DNA from: Chlorobiales bacterium
GTDB lineage: Bacteria; Bacteroidota; Chlorobiia; Chlorobiales; Chlorobiaceae
Reading direction: 5' to 3'
DNA length: 64,000 bases
Assembly: GCA_022360275.1 (NCBI GenBank)
Contig: JAKSDC010000019.1
Location: 2,529 to 66,528 of the forward strand
Shown one piece after another: positions 1-10,366 of the stretch (position 1 is the first letter of the stretch; each line of letters begins with the position of its first letter). A program made the translations under genes and the position numbers. The notes beneath the pieces are model-generated. The model searched no databases, had not been told where the DNA came from, and worked only from the letters and a program-made list of their open reading frames with translations.

Positions 1-775
<775 letters not shown>

Positions 776-782
776 CCAAAAT

Positions 783-897
783 GCACCTCTATTTATTGTC
801 ATGAGCGTTTCAAGTGCAAGGCGAACGGAACACAGAAACCCTTTCCTATCCGCTCAACGATGTAATTGAATCGTGGAATAAATAAATAGAAGTGCCC
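783..897. repeat. Palindromic repeat element, short class (copy A)
   Basis: Terminal IR gcacctctatttatt (783-797) / aataaatagaagtgc (881-895), 14/15 match. Near copy at 20685-20798. Core caaggcgaacggaacacagaaacc matches the reverse complement of copies B and D. Confidence 0.85.
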
Positions 898-918
898 TAA
901 AAAAAAGGAGTTACACAC

Positions 919-1275
919 ATGTTAATGATCAGAGCAATTGTCCGGCCAGCCAAAGCACAGGATGTCATGCAGGGACTGCTCGACGCAGGGTATCCGGCCG
1001 TAACGAAAATACCGGTTGTAGGACGAGGCAAGCAGCGGGGCCTCAGGGTCGGAGATGTCGTTTATGACGAATTGCCCAAGGAAATGCTGGTAACCGTCGT
1101 TCCCGATGCTGACAAACAGTTCATCCTCGACGCGATCATGATGAACGCCAGGACAGAAGGAGAAGGCAAGTTCGGCGACGGTAAAATCTTTGTCTCCAAA
1201 GTTGAAGAGGTCTACACCATCAGTTCGGGACTCAAGGAAAACGAACCGGAAATGGCTGAATCAAAGGAGGCGTAA
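919..1275 (+). CDS. nifI1: PII-like nitrogenase regulator NifI1
   Basis: PII motifs GRGKQRG and GKFGDGKIFV; position directly after nifH; AAGGAG RBS at about 905. Confidence 0.92.
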   Translation: MLMIRAIVRPAKAQDVMQGLLDAGYPAVTKIPVVGRGKQRGLRVGDVVYDELPKEMLVTVVPDADKQFILDAIMMNARTEGEGKFGDGKIFVSKVEEVYTISSGLKENEPEMAESKEA

Positions 1276-1652
1276 TGAAAGAGATTATTGCAGTTATCAG
1301 GATGAAAAAAATGAATGAGACAAAGCAGGCGCTCATCGATGCCGGCATCTCTTCATTTACCTCCCTGGGACGAGTCCTTGGCAGAGGAAAAGGCCAAGTG
1401 CATTTCGATATCCTTCAGGGCGCCGAAGAAGGGTATCCCGAAGCGATCGAACAGCTTGGCGGCCCCCCTCGTCTGGTGGCAAAACGGCTCATCGCGATTG
1501 TCGTTCCCGACGAGCTGAAACAGGCCGCTATCGACACGATAGTAAAGACCAACCGGACGGGAAAACCCGGTGACGGGAAAATCTTTGTCACCGACATCAC
1601 CGACAGCATCAGGGTGCGCACAGGAGAAATCGGCGATGCAGCGCTTGTATAA
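1275..1652 (+). CDS. nifI2: PII-like nitrogenase regulator NifI2
   Basis: MKEIIAVIR, GRGKG and GKPGDGKIFV...IRVRTGE; TAATG overlap with nifI1. Confidence 0.92.
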   Translation: MKEIIAVIRMKKMNETKQALIDAGISSFTSLGRVLGRGKGQVHFDILQGAEEGYPEAIEQLGGPPRLVAKRLIAIVVPDELKQAAIDTIVKTNRTGKPGDGKIFVTDITDSIRVRTGEIGDAALV

Positions 1653-1685
1653 ACACAATTTATGATAAAAACGGAGACACAACTT

Positions 1686-3311
1686 ATGGAGTCAAGAATA
1701 TTACCGGATCCCTCTGCGGTAAAGGAGGAACTGATCAAGAAATATCCGCCGAAAGTTGCAAAAAAGAGAGGCAAAGCGATCATCGTCAACGATCCGGAAG
1801 AAATTCCTCAGGTACAGGCGAACATCCGTACCATACCCGGCATTATCACTCAAAGGGGCTGCTCTTACGCTGGTTGTAAAGGTGTGGTTTTAGGACCGAC
1901 AAGAGACATCGTCAATCTGGTCCATGGCCCGATCGGCTGCAGTTTTTACGCCTGGCTGACCCGGCGGAACCAGACCCGTCCTGACGGGCCTGAGGGTGAA
2001 AACTTCATGACCTATTGTTTCTCGACCGACATGCAGGAAGAGCATGTGGTTTTCGGGGGCGAGAAAAAACTCAAACAGGCGATCCAGGAAGCCTACGATC
2101 TCTTCCATCCGAAAGCGATCGGCATCTTCTCTACCTGTCCGGTAGGCCTTATCGGCGACGACGTTCATGCCGTCGCCAAGGAGATGCGTGAGAAACTCGG
2201 CGACTGTAACGTTTTCGGGTTCAGCTGCGAAGGGTACAAAGGCGTCAGCCAGTCGGCCGGGCACCATATCGCCAACAACCAGGTCTTCAAACACGTTGTG
2301 GGTCTCGATGATTCAGACAAGGGCGGAAAGTTCAAAATCAACATGCTCGGCGAATACAATATCGGTGGCGACGCATTTGAAATCGAACGGCTGCTCGAGA
2401 AATGCGGTATCACCATGGTTGCAAGCTTCAGCGGCAACTCGACGATCAATCAGTTCGAAAACTCGCACACCGCTGACCTGAACGTCGTCATGTGCCACCG
2501 CTCGATCAACTACATGGCCGAGATGATGGAGACCAAGTACGGCATCCCGTGGATGAAAGTCAACTTTATCGGAGCGGAGTCAAGCGCGAAATCACTGCGC
2601 AGAATAGCGCAGTACTTCGAAGATGACGAACTGATGGCAAGAGTTGAAGAGGTAATAGCAGAAGAAATGCCCGCAGTCTCGTCGGTAATAGAAGAGATCT
2701 ATCCGAAAACAAAAGGCAAACTCGCAATGCTGTTTGTCGGCGGTTCGAGGGCGCACCACTACCAGGAGCTCTTTGGTGAACTCGGTATGGAAACACTCTC
2801 GGCAGGATACGAGTTCGGGCACCGCGACGACTATGAAGGCCGCAGGGTTATCCCGAACATCAAGATCGATGCCGACAGCAAAAATATCGAGGAGTTGAAA
2901 GTTACCGCCGACCCGGGAAAATACCGGCCGAGAAAAACCGAAGAAGAACTTGCAAAGCTGAAAGAGGCCGGTCTCGACATCAGGGATTACGAAGGCATGA
3001 TGCCGGATATGAAAAAAGGCTCCCTGGTCATTGACGATATCAGTCACTATGAAAGCGAGAAACTGATCGAGCTCTACAAACCCGACATCTTCTGTGCCGG
3101 CATCAAGGAAAAATATGTCGTCCAGAAAATGGGGGTTCCGCTCAAGCAGTTGCACAGCTACGATTACGGAGGTCCTTATGCAGGCTTTACCGGCGCGATC
3201 AACTTCTACAAGGATATCGACCGAATGGTAAACAGCCGTGTGTGGAAACTGATCCAGGCACCATGGGAAGAAGCTCCAAGCGAGCTGGAAGCGGACTACG
3301 TGACACAATAA
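1686..3311 (+). CDS. nifD: Nitrogenase MoFe protein alpha chain NifD (group II type)
   Basis: P-cluster Cys (RGCSYAGC, HGPIGC, STCP); FeMoco ligands CHRS and QLHSYDY; group II-type insertion near KIDADSKNIEEL. Start 1686 chosen from the GGAG RBS at about 1674 (ORF track gives 1662). Confidence 0.97.
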   Translation: MESRILPDPSAVKEELIKKYPPKVAKKRGKAIIVNDPEEIPQVQANIRTIPGIITQRGCSYAGCKGVVLGPTRDIVNLVHGPIGCSFYAWLTRRNQTRPDGPEGENFMTYCFSTDMQEEHVVFGGEKKLKQAIQEAYDLFHPKAIGIFSTCPVGLIGDDVHAVAKEMREKLGDCNVFGFSCEGYKGVSQSAGHHIANNQVFKHVVGLDDSDKGGKFKINMLGEYNIGGDAFEIERLLEKCGITMVASFSGNSTINQFENSHTADLNVVMCHRSINYMAEMMETKYGIPWMKVNFIGAESSAKSLRRIAQYFEDDELMARVEEVIAEEMPAVSSVIEEIYPKTKGKLAMLFVGGSRAHHYQELFGELGMETLSAGYEFGHRDDYEGRRVIPNIKIDADSKNIEELKVTADPGKYRPRKTEEELAKLKEAGLDIRDYEGMMPDMKKGSLVIDDISHYESEKLIELYKPDIFCAGIKEKYVVQKMGVPLKQLHSYDYGGPYAGFTGAINFYKDIDRMVNSRVWKLIQAPWEEAPSELEADYVTQ

Positions 3312-3336
3312 CAACAAGCAGCCCTATGTAAATCAA

Positions 3337-3478
3337 GGGCACCACTATTAATTTGCTGCGCACCATGATTACGTCGTTGGCCGGTGCTCGAAATCCTCAT
3401 GTACCGTATGTACACTCCGGTTTCTGCGCTCCGTCCGCCTTGTACTCAAGGCGCTCGCGACAATTAATAGCGGTGCCC
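3337..3478. repeat. Palindromic repeat element, long class (copy B), RPE-1-like
   Basis: Terminal IR gggcaccactattaatt / aattaatagcggtgccc, 16/17. A 62-nt core is 60/62 identical to copy D at 37120-37261. Confidence 0.9.
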
Positions 3479-3494
3479 CAAAAAAGGAGACAAC

Positions 3495-4877
3495 ATGCTA
3501 TTACGGCATACAAAAAAAGAGGTGATGGAGCGCCAAGCGCTCACCATCAATCCGGCAAAAACCTGTCAGCCCATAGGCGCTATGTATGCAGCTCTCGGCA
3601 TCCACGGCTGTCTGCCGCATAGCCACGGATCACAGGGATGCTGCTCATACCACCGCAGTACCCTGACAAGGCACTACAAGGAACCTGTCATGGCGGCAAC
3701 AAGCTCGTTCACGGAAGGTGCATCGGTTTTCGGTGGACAGGCAAACCTGGTAACGGCGATCAACAACATTTTTACGGTCTATGAACCGGATTTGATCGCC
3801 GTCCACTCGACCTGCCTTTCTGAGACAATTGGTGACGACCTGCAGCAGATTGTCACCAAGGCAAAAGATGACGGCAAGATCCCCGAAGGGAAACATGTGA
3901 TTTACGCGCCGACACCGAGTTTCGTCGGATCGCACGTTACCGGATACGCAAACATGGTTGCGGCCATGGCCGAACATTTTGCGGAAAACACCGGTAAACA
4001 GCTCGATCAGATCAACATCGTAGCGGGCTGGATGGAACCTGCCGACATGCGTGAAATCAAACGCCTCGCAAAAGAGCTCGGAGCAAACATCCAGCTTTTC
4101 CCGGATACATCCGATGTGCTCGATGCGCCGCAGACAGGCAAGCATGTGTTCTATCCGAAAGGAGGCATTTCCGTACCGGCGCTGAAAAGTACCGGCGACA
4201 GCAAATCTTCGATCGCCCTGGGCTGTTTCAGCGGGGAACCGGGCGCCATTGCTCTCGATAAAAAATGCAGTGTCCCGTTCAAAACCGAAGACATTCCTGT
4301 CGGGCTCCGGGCTACCGACCGTTTCCTGATGAGACTGAGCAAGGCCGCGGGCGTAACAATACCCGAGTCGATAACGGACGAGAGAGGGAGGCTGGTCGAT
4401 CTCATGACCGATATGGAACAATACTTCCATGGCAAAAAAGTCGCGCTTTTCGGTGATCCTGATGATCTCATTCCACTGACGGAATTTCTGCTCGACCTGG
4501 ACATGAAACCTGTCCATATCGTCAGCGGCACACCGGGCAAGCGTTTTGAACAGCGCATGCGGGATATCCTCGCTGACAGTGTTCCTGATGCCAACATCAA
4601 AAACGGCCCCCAGGCCGACATCTATCTCTTGCATCAGTGGATCAAGAACGAACCGGTCGACCTTCTTATCGGCAACACCTACGGGAAGTACATCGCCCGC
4701 GACGAGGATATACCGTTCGTCCGCTATGGCTTCCCGATCCTCGACCGGGTCGGCCACAGCTACTTCCCGAGCGTCGGCTATATGGGAGGTCTCAGACTCG
4801 CCGAAAAAATACTGGAGGTTCTTATGGATCGACAGGACCGCGACGCACCTGAAGAGTCGTTCGAACTTGTGATGTAG
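3495..4877 (+). CDS. nifK: Nitrogenase MoFe protein beta chain NifK
   Basis: KTCQPIG, HGSQGCCSY and STCLSETIGDD; AAGGAG RBS. Confidence 0.97.
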   Translation: MLLRHTKKEVMERQALTINPAKTCQPIGAMYAALGIHGCLPHSHGSQGCCSYHRSTLTRHYKEPVMAATSSFTEGASVFGGQANLVTAINNIFTVYEPDLIAVHSTCLSETIGDDLQQIVTKAKDDGKIPEGKHVIYAPTPSFVGSHVTGYANMVAAMAEHFAENTGKQLDQINIVAGWMEPADMREIKRLAKELGANIQLFPDTSDVLDAPQTGKHVFYPKGGISVPALKSTGDSKSSIALGCFSGEPGAIALDKKCSVPFKTEDIPVGLRATDRFLMRLSKAAGVTIPESITDERGRLVDLMTDMEQYFHGKKVALFGDPDDLIPLTEFLLDLDMKPVHIVSGTPGKRFEQRMRDILADSVPDANIKNGPQADIYLLHQWIKNEPVDLLIGNTYGKYIARDEDIPFVRYGFPILDRVGHSYFPSVGYMGGLRLAEKILEVLMDRQDRDAPEESFELVM

Positions 4878-4881
4878 AAAA

Positions 4882-4917
4882 TTGTTGAACTGTTGACTTG
4901 TTGAGTCGTTGAATTGT
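4882..4917. repeat. Degenerate 8-mer tandem array (YTGTTGAN family)
   Basis: ttgttgaa-ctgttgac-ttgttgag-tcgttgaa; related arrays at 9173-9204 (opposite strand), 18304-18327 and 61005-61020. Confidence 0.75.
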
Positions 4918-4926
4918 GGCACAAAA

Positions 4927-4958
4927 GAGGCGAGGTTCAAATCCCTCGTCTCTCTCCA
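4927..4958 (+). terminator. Hairpin between nifK and nifE (possible attenuator or stabiliser)
   Basis: Stem gaggcgagg / cctcgtctc, loop ttcaaatc, weak pyrimidine tail. Confidence 0.45.
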
Positions 4959-5024
4959 TCAAAAGAGAAAGGAACTGCGTTAAACGATTCGATGCATGGC
5001 ACTGAACCAGAAGATTGAAGTCCA

Positions 5025-6389
5025 ATGGATAAAATTGAAATACTCGAAGGAAGAAAGAAACAGGTCTTCGAAAAAACGAAAGACACAGACGCATTCGACA
5101 TCAAGTGCGAAACCACCAGTCTTTCGGGCTCCGTCAGTCAGAGGGCCTGTGTTTTTTGCGGCTCGAGAGTCGTACTCTACCCGGTAGCTGACGCCCTTCA
5201 TGTCGTCCACGGCCCTATCGGATGTGCCGCCTATACTTGGGACATCCGCGGAGCCGTCTCTTCAGGACCCGAATTGCACCGCCTGAGCTTTTCAACCGAC
5301 CTCCAGGAGATGGATGTCATTTACGGCGGAGAGAAAAAACTGAAAGCCTCTCTCGGCGAGCTTATCGACCAGTACAAGCCGAAAGCGGCGTTCATTTACT
5401 CGACCTGCATCATCGGGCTTATCGGAGACGATATCGATGCCGTCTGCAAGAAAATTTCAGCGGAAAAAGGCATTCCGGTCCTTCCCGTGCATTCGGAAGG
5501 ATTCAAAGGAACCAAGAAAGACGGGTATAAAGCCGCCTGTGACGCGCTGATGAAAATCGTCGGGACCGGCTCGACCGAAGGAATAGGAAAATACAGCATC
5601 AATATTCTCGGCGAGTTCAACCTTGCCGGCGAAGCATGGATCATCAAGGATTACTACGAACAGATGGGCATCGAGGTTGTCTCGACCATGACCGGAGACG
5701 GCAGGGTTGATGACATAAGGCGTTCACATGGCGCCTCGCTGAATATCGTACAATGCTCGGGTTCGATGGTCAGGCTGGCAAAGATGATGGAAGAAAAATA
5801 CGGCATTCCGTACCTCAGAGTCTCGTACTTCGGTATCGAGGATATGTCGAAAGCGCTCTATGATGTCGCGGCACATTTCGGCGACAACCCGGCTATCCTG
5901 GAAGCCGCCAAAAAAGTTGTCAGCCGTGAGGTGGGAGAACTTTATCCGCAGCTTCTGGAATTTCGAAAAGCGCTCAGCGGGAAAAAAGCCGCGATCTATG
6001 TCGGAGGAGCGTTCAAGGCGTTTTCGCTTATCAAGGCCCTGGCCTCGATAGATATGGATGTCGTCCTGGCCGGTTCGCAAACCGGCAACAAGGATGACTA
6101 TGCAGGATTGAAAGACATGTGCGATGAGGGGACCATCATTGTTGACGACTCGAATCCTGTCGAACTCTCGAAATTCATTCTCGAAAAAGAAGCCGATCTG
6201 CTGATAGGAGGTGTGAAGGAACGACCGATCGCCTATAAACTCGGTGTCGGCTTCTGTGATCACAACCATGAAAGAAAAATACCGCTTGCCGGTTTTGTCG
6301 GCATGCTGAACTTCGCAAAAGAGGTCTACCAGTCTGTCATGAGCCCGGTATGGCAATTTGCTCCGAGAAAAGGAGGAGGTCAATTATGA
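5025..6389 (+). CDS. nifE: FeMoco scaffold NifE
   Basis: SQRACVFCGSR, HGPIGC, YSTCIIGLIGDD and DHNHERK; follows nifK. Confidence 0.96.
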   Translation: MDKIEILEGRKKQVFEKTKDTDAFDIKCETTSLSGSVSQRACVFCGSRVVLYPVADALHVVHGPIGCAAYTWDIRGAVSSGPELHRLSFSTDLQEMDVIYGGEKKLKASLGELIDQYKPKAAFIYSTCIIGLIGDDIDAVCKKISAEKGIPVLPVHSEGFKGTKKDGYKAACDALMKIVGTGSTEGIGKYSINILGEFNLAGEAWIIKDYYEQMGIEVVSTMTGDGRVDDIRRSHGASLNIVQCSGSMVRLAKMMEEKYGIPYLRVSYFGIEDMSKALYDVAAHFGDNPAILEAAKKVVSREVGELYPQLLEFRKALSGKKAAIYVGGAFKAFSLIKALASIDMDVVLAGSQTGNKDDYAGLKDMCDEGTIIVDDSNPVELSKFILEKEADLLIGGVKERPIAYKLGVGFCDHNHERKIPLAGFVGMLNFAKEVYQSVMSPVWQFAPRKGGGQL

Positions 6390-7738
6390 AAACTGCAAAA
6401 ACAGCCACCCAGAACGCCTGTAAACTTTGCAATCCGCTTGGTGCATGCCTGGCGTTCAAGGGCATAGAAAAATGCGTACCGTTCCTGCATGGGTCCCAGG
6501 GATGCGCCACCTATATCCGGCGCTACCTTATCAGCCATTTCAAGGAACCGGTAGACATTGCTTCGTCCAACTTCAATGAGGATACAGCGGTTTTCGGCGG
6601 AAGCCACAATCTGAAACTCGGTCTGCAGAACATCACGAAACAATACAAACCGGAAGTTATCGGCATTGCGACGACCTGTCTTTCCGAAACCATCGGGGAC
6701 GATGTCGATATGATCCTCAGGGAGTATACTGAAAATGCCGACCCGAACCAGCCAATCCCCCTGATGATACATGCCTCGACGCCAAGTTACCAGGGCAGCC
6801 ATATCGACGGGTTTCACGCGGCATTGAGAGCAACGGTCGAAAAGCTTGCAGAAGGAGGTCCTAAACAAAACCTGTTGAATCTCTTTCCCAACATGGTCTC
6901 GCCTGCAGATCTGAGGTATCTCAAAGAGATTCTGGAAAACTTCAGCCTGCCCTCGGTGATTCTTCCGGATTACTCGGAAACGCTTGACGGAGGACCGTGG
7001 GGAGAGTATCACAGAATTCCAAAAGGGGGAACGCCGCTGAATACCATCCTCAAATGCGGAACGGCTGCAGCAAGCATCGAGTTTACCTCGATCCTCGCTG
7101 AGGATAAATCACCAGCCGGATACCTGGAAGAAAAATTCGGAGTCCCCCATTACCGGTTTTGCCTCCCGATCGGCATCGGACAGAGCGACAAGTTTTTCGA
7201 ACTGCTCGAAAGACTGTCGGAGAAACCGATGCCGGAACGATACGAAGACGAGCGTCGACGGCTTGTCGATGCATATGCGGACGGGCATAAATATGTATTC
7301 GGTAAAAAAGCAATTGTGTACGGCGAAGAAGATCTTGTGATCGCACTGACGGTCTTTCTGAGAGAAATCGGCATAACACCGGTCCTTTGCGTATCGGGCG
7401 GCAAGAGCGGTTTTCTGAAAAAACGTCTTGCCGAGCTGGTGCCGGACCTCGACAACCTCGGGATACAGGTTCGCGACGGTGCAGATTTCGTCGACATCGA
7501 AGAGGAAGCAAAAAAACACAAACCGGACCTTTTAATCGGCAACAGCAAAGGTTTTACCATGTCCCGGAAGAACCGGATTCCAATGATCCGTGTCGGGTTT
7601 CCGATTCATGACAGGTTCGGCGGCCAGCGGCTGCACCACATCGGATACAGGGGAACCCAGGAACTGTTTGACAGAATCGTGAACACAGTTATCGAACACA
7701 GACAGAATTCATCACCAATCGGCTACACATACATGTAA
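6386..7738 (+). CDS. nifN: FeMoco scaffold NifN
   Basis: NACKLCNPLG, HGSQGCATYIRR and TTCLSETIGDD. The ATG at 6386 overlaps the nifE stop (ATGA) and follows a GGAGG RBS. Confidence 0.95.
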   Translation: MKTAKTATQNACKLCNPLGACLAFKGIEKCVPFLHGSQGCATYIRRYLISHFKEPVDIASSNFNEDTAVFGGSHNLKLGLQNITKQYKPEVIGIATTCLSETIGDDVDMILREYTENADPNQPIPLMIHASTPSYQGSHIDGFHAALRATVEKLAEGGPKQNLLNLFPNMVSPADLRYLKEILENFSLPSVILPDYSETLDGGPWGEYHRIPKGGTPLNTILKCGTAAASIEFTSILAEDKSPAGYLEEKFGVPHYRFCLPIGIGQSDKFFELLERLSEKPMPERYEDERRRLVDAYADGHKYVFGKKAIVYGEEDLVIALTVFLREIGITPVLCVSGGKSGFLKKRLAELVPDLDNLGIQVRDGADFVDIEEEAKKHKPDLLIGNSKGFTMSRKNRIPMIRVGFPIHDRFGGQRLHHIGYRGTQELFDRIVNTVIEHRQNSSPIGYTYM

Positions 7739-7749
7739 GGGGACGTACC

Positions 7750-9024
7750 ATGACGCTATCTATTGATAAACACCCGTGCTTCAACGATGCATCGAGGCAC
7801 ACTTTCGGACGCATTCACCTTCCTGTGGCGCCGAAATGCAATATCCAATGCAACTACTGCAACAGGAAATTCGACTGTCTGAACGAGAACCGGCCCGGTG
7901 TCACCAGCAAAGTGCTTACGCCACACCAGGCCCTGCACTACCTTGACCGGGCGCTTGAACTTTCGCCGAATATTTCAGTCGTCGGCATTGCCGGGCCGGG
8001 CGACCCTTTCGCAAATCCCGAGGAGACAATGGAAACACTTCACCTTGTCCGGCAAAAGTATCCTGACATGCTTCTTTGCGTGGCAACCAACGGCCTGAAT
8101 GTGACACCTTCTATCGGGGAACTTGCAGAATTGAAGGTAAGTCACGTAACGTTGACCATCAACGCGGTTGATCCGGAAATCGGCGCCGAAGTCTATGCCT
8201 GGGTACGGCTTGGAAAAAAAGTATACCGGGACCTCAATGCCGCAGGACTGTTACTGGAAAACCAGCTTGAGGCACTCAAGACGCTCAAGGAAAAGGGAGT
8301 CACCGCCAAAATTAATTCGATCATCATTCCCGGCATCAATGACCGCCATGTTATTGATGTTGCCAAAAAGGTATCTGAACTCGGGGCTGATATTTTCAAT
8401 GCTTTACCCTATTACCATACGGAAGAAACCATCTTCGAAAACATACCTGAACCGCATTCCGAACTGGTAACTGCGATACAGAAAGAAACTGCGCAATACC
8501 TTCCGCAGATGAAACACTGCGCACGGTGCAGAGCGGATGCCATCGGCATCATCGGTCAGGAAAACAGTGATGAGATCATGAAACAACTGATGGAAGCGGC
8601 AAAATTACCGAGAAAACCTTCGGAAAACAGGCCCTATATCGCTGTTGCGAGCATGGAAGGAGTTTTGATCAACCAGCACCTCGGTGAAGCCGATCGTTTT
8701 CTTGTCTATGCAATGGACACTGACCACGACCGTCCTGTTCTGGTGGAATCCCGGTCGGCACCGCCTCCCGGCGGAGGCACAATGCGCTGGGAAGCCGTTG
8801 CCGCTCTTCTGCTTGACTGCCGTGCGCTCCTGGTCAACGGAGCAGGAGAATCACCTAAAAAAGTGCTTAACGGCAGCGGCATGGAAGTTTATACGCTCGA
8901 CGGGCTCATCGAAGAAGGGGTTTCAGGAGTGTTTACCGGTAAAGATATGAGCCGCATGACAAGAATCAGCCAGATGCACGCCTGCAAGACAAGCTGTTCC
9001 GGCACCGGCAGCGGATGCGGGTGA
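7750..9024 (+). CDS. nifB: Radical SAM FeMoco biosynthesis protein NifB with C-terminal NifX-like domain
   Basis: HPCF, CNIQCNYC, GIAGPGDP, CARCRADA; INQHLGEA NifX-like domain. Confidence 0.97.
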   Translation: MTLSIDKHPCFNDASRHTFGRIHLPVAPKCNIQCNYCNRKFDCLNENRPGVTSKVLTPHQALHYLDRALELSPNISVVGIAGPGDPFANPEETMETLHLVRQKYPDMLLCVATNGLNVTPSIGELAELKVSHVTLTINAVDPEIGAEVYAWVRLGKKVYRDLNAAGLLLENQLEALKTLKEKGVTAKINSIIIPGINDRHVIDVAKKVSELGADIFNALPYYHTEETIFENIPEPHSELVTAIQKETAQYLPQMKHCARCRADAIGIIGQENSDEIMKQLMEAAKLPRKPSENRPYIAVASMEGVLINQHLGEADRFLVYAMDTDHDRPVLVESRSAPPPGGGTMRWEAVAALLLDCRALLVNGAGESPKKVLNGSGMEVYTLDGLIEEGVSGVFTGKDMSRMTRISQMHACKTSCSGTGSGCG

Positions 9025-9030
9025 GGTAAG

Positions 9031-9065
9031 GAAAGGCAAAAGTAAAAATTCAAAAGTCAAAAGGG
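9031..9065. repeat. Degenerate 7-mer tandem array (AAAAGTC/AAAATTC family)
   Basis: gaaaggc-aaaagta-aaaattc-aaaagtc-aaaaggg; related arrays at 14888-14913 (opposite strand) and 15208-15231. Confidence 0.65.
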
Positions 9066-9085
9066 CTGGAAACCTGTTTTTTCCA

Positions 9086-9151
9086 AATCGTACTCGTACT
9101 CAGCGAAACGGTAATCGTACTCGACTTTCAAAGGTTAACGAGTACGATTAC
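9086..9151. repeat. GTAC-rich (CGAGTA-type) repeat with perfect 13-bp hairpin
   Basis: aatcgtactcgtactcagcgaaacggtaatcgtactcg; stem gtaatcgtactcg (9111-9123) / cgagtacgattac (9139-9151); 26/30 match to 48916-48945 on the other strand. Confidence 0.75.
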
Positions 9152-9218
9152 GGGTAAGCACTGATATCCCATTCAACAAATAAACAAATCAACAGTTCAA
9201 CAATTCTTTATAACAACC

Positions 9219-9530
9219 ATGGAAAAACCGAAACATCACATTCTGGTCTGCGGAAGCTTTCGCGCGCAGGGCACCCCTCAGGGAATCTGCCATAAAAAAG
9301 AATCATCGCAGTTGCTGCCGTATCTTGAAAACGAACTTTCCGACCGGGGCATGACCGATGTTATCGTCTCGGCAACCGCCTGTCTCAATGTCTGTGAAAA
9401 AGGCCCCATTGTCGTTGTTCATCCGGAAAATCAATGGTACGGCGAGATAGATAGCGAGGAAAAAATGGATGAAATCCTCGACGCTCTTGAGGAAGGAGAA
9501 GCATGTGAAGAATATCTCATAAGTGAATAA
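9219..9530 (+). CDS. Thioredoxin-like [2Fe-2S] ferredoxin (nif-associated)
   Basis: HILVC...GICH...TACLNVCEKGP: four Cys in the typical spacing. Confidence 0.9.
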   Translation: MEKPKHHILVCGSFRAQGTPQGICHKKESSQLLPYLENELSDRGMTDVIVSATACLNVCEKGPIVVVHPENQWYGEIDSEEKMDEILDALEEGEACEEYLISE

Positions 9531-10339
9531 TGCCTGCAGACAAAAGATCCATCGAACTGGAAGGGTCGCTCTGGTTCCGTAAATCCGAAAACAGGTTTCT
9601 TGGCGCCGACAGGATCATGCTGCTTGAACAAATCGACGAACTCGGATCAATCAACAAAGCCGCAAAAGCCTTGAAAATGAGTTACAAAACTGCGTGGCAG
9701 TTGATCAACACCATCAACAACCTGTCGGAAAGGGCCATTGTAGAAAGAACGACAGGAGGAAAAGACGGCGGCGGAACCAGGCTTACCCCGGAAGGCAAAA
9801 AAATCCTCAGGCAGTACCGTGTCATCCAGGAAGAGCACAGAAAATTTCTTGGGAATCTCGAGCATCGGCTCGGAAGCTCTGAAAAGCTTTATCAATTCCT
9901 GGAAAGAATATCCGTAAAAGTCAGTGCCAGAAACGTTTTTAGCGGAACGATTGCAACGATTATCCGTGAAACGGTCAATGCGGAGATCATCCTTTCCCTC
10001 AAAGGTGATATCCGGCTCACAGCTATCGTTACAAGCGGAGCTATAGACAAACTGGGCCTGAAAGAGGGAATGACGGCCTATGCCATTATCAAATCCAGTT
10101 CAGTCATCATCGGCAAAGATATCGACATTGCAAAAGTCAGCACCCGCAACGTCATTTTCGGGACCGTTGCCAAAATCATCGACGGCCCGGTCAATGTGGA
10201 GATCGATCTCGATATAGGAGGCGGCAATATAATAACCTCGATTATCACTCGTGAGAGTGCAAAAAATCTCGACCTCAGGGAAGGCGGCAGAGCATGCGCA
10301 ATGTTCAAGGCGTCGAGCGTTATCATCGGGGTACATTGA
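9530..10339 (+). CDS. modE: Molybdate-responsive regulator ModE (wHTH plus two TOBE/Mop domains)
   Basis: LLEQIDELGSINKAAKALKMSYKTAW and two SARN/STRN Mop repeats. Confidence 0.93.
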   Translation: MPADKRSIELEGSLWFRKSENRFLGADRIMLLEQIDELGSINKAAKALKMSYKTAWQLINTINNLSERAIVERTTGGKDGGGTRLTPEGKKILRQYRVIQEEHRKFLGNLEHRLGSSEKLYQFLERISVKVSARNVFSGTIATIIRETVNAEIILSLKGDIRLTAIVTSGAIDKLGLKEGMTAYAIIKSSSVIIGKDIDIAKVSTRNVIFGTVAKIIDGPVNVEIDLDIGGGNIITSIITRESAKNLDLREGGRACAMFKASSVIIGVH

Positions 10340-10366
10340 GGTGATTACCTTCAGCATACCTAAAAA

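Noticed and set aside
3353-3622. 89-aa ORF, and the similar 62-aa ORF at 37094-37282
   Set aside because: Both are read-throughs of the palindromic element, and the first overlaps nifK out of frame; treated as a property of the repeat, not as genes.
3645-4940. 431-aa antisense ORF (also 33400-34605, 44232-45095, 53253-54122, 2592-3317, 31029-31772 and many shorter ones)
   Set aside because: They lie opposite clearly identified genes and have no recognisable motifs; they are shadow ORFs from codon bias.
4927-4958. tRNA gene
   Set aside because: Only a T-arm-like piece; no acceptor 5' strand, D-arm or anticodon arm.
1686-7738. Alternative (V/Fe) nitrogenase or nitrogenase-like Mar/Cfb system, tempting given mtnA in the window
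   Set aside because: Canonical FeMoco ligands, nifEN, nifB and modE are present and there is no vnfG/anfG; this is a standard group II Mo-nitrogenase.
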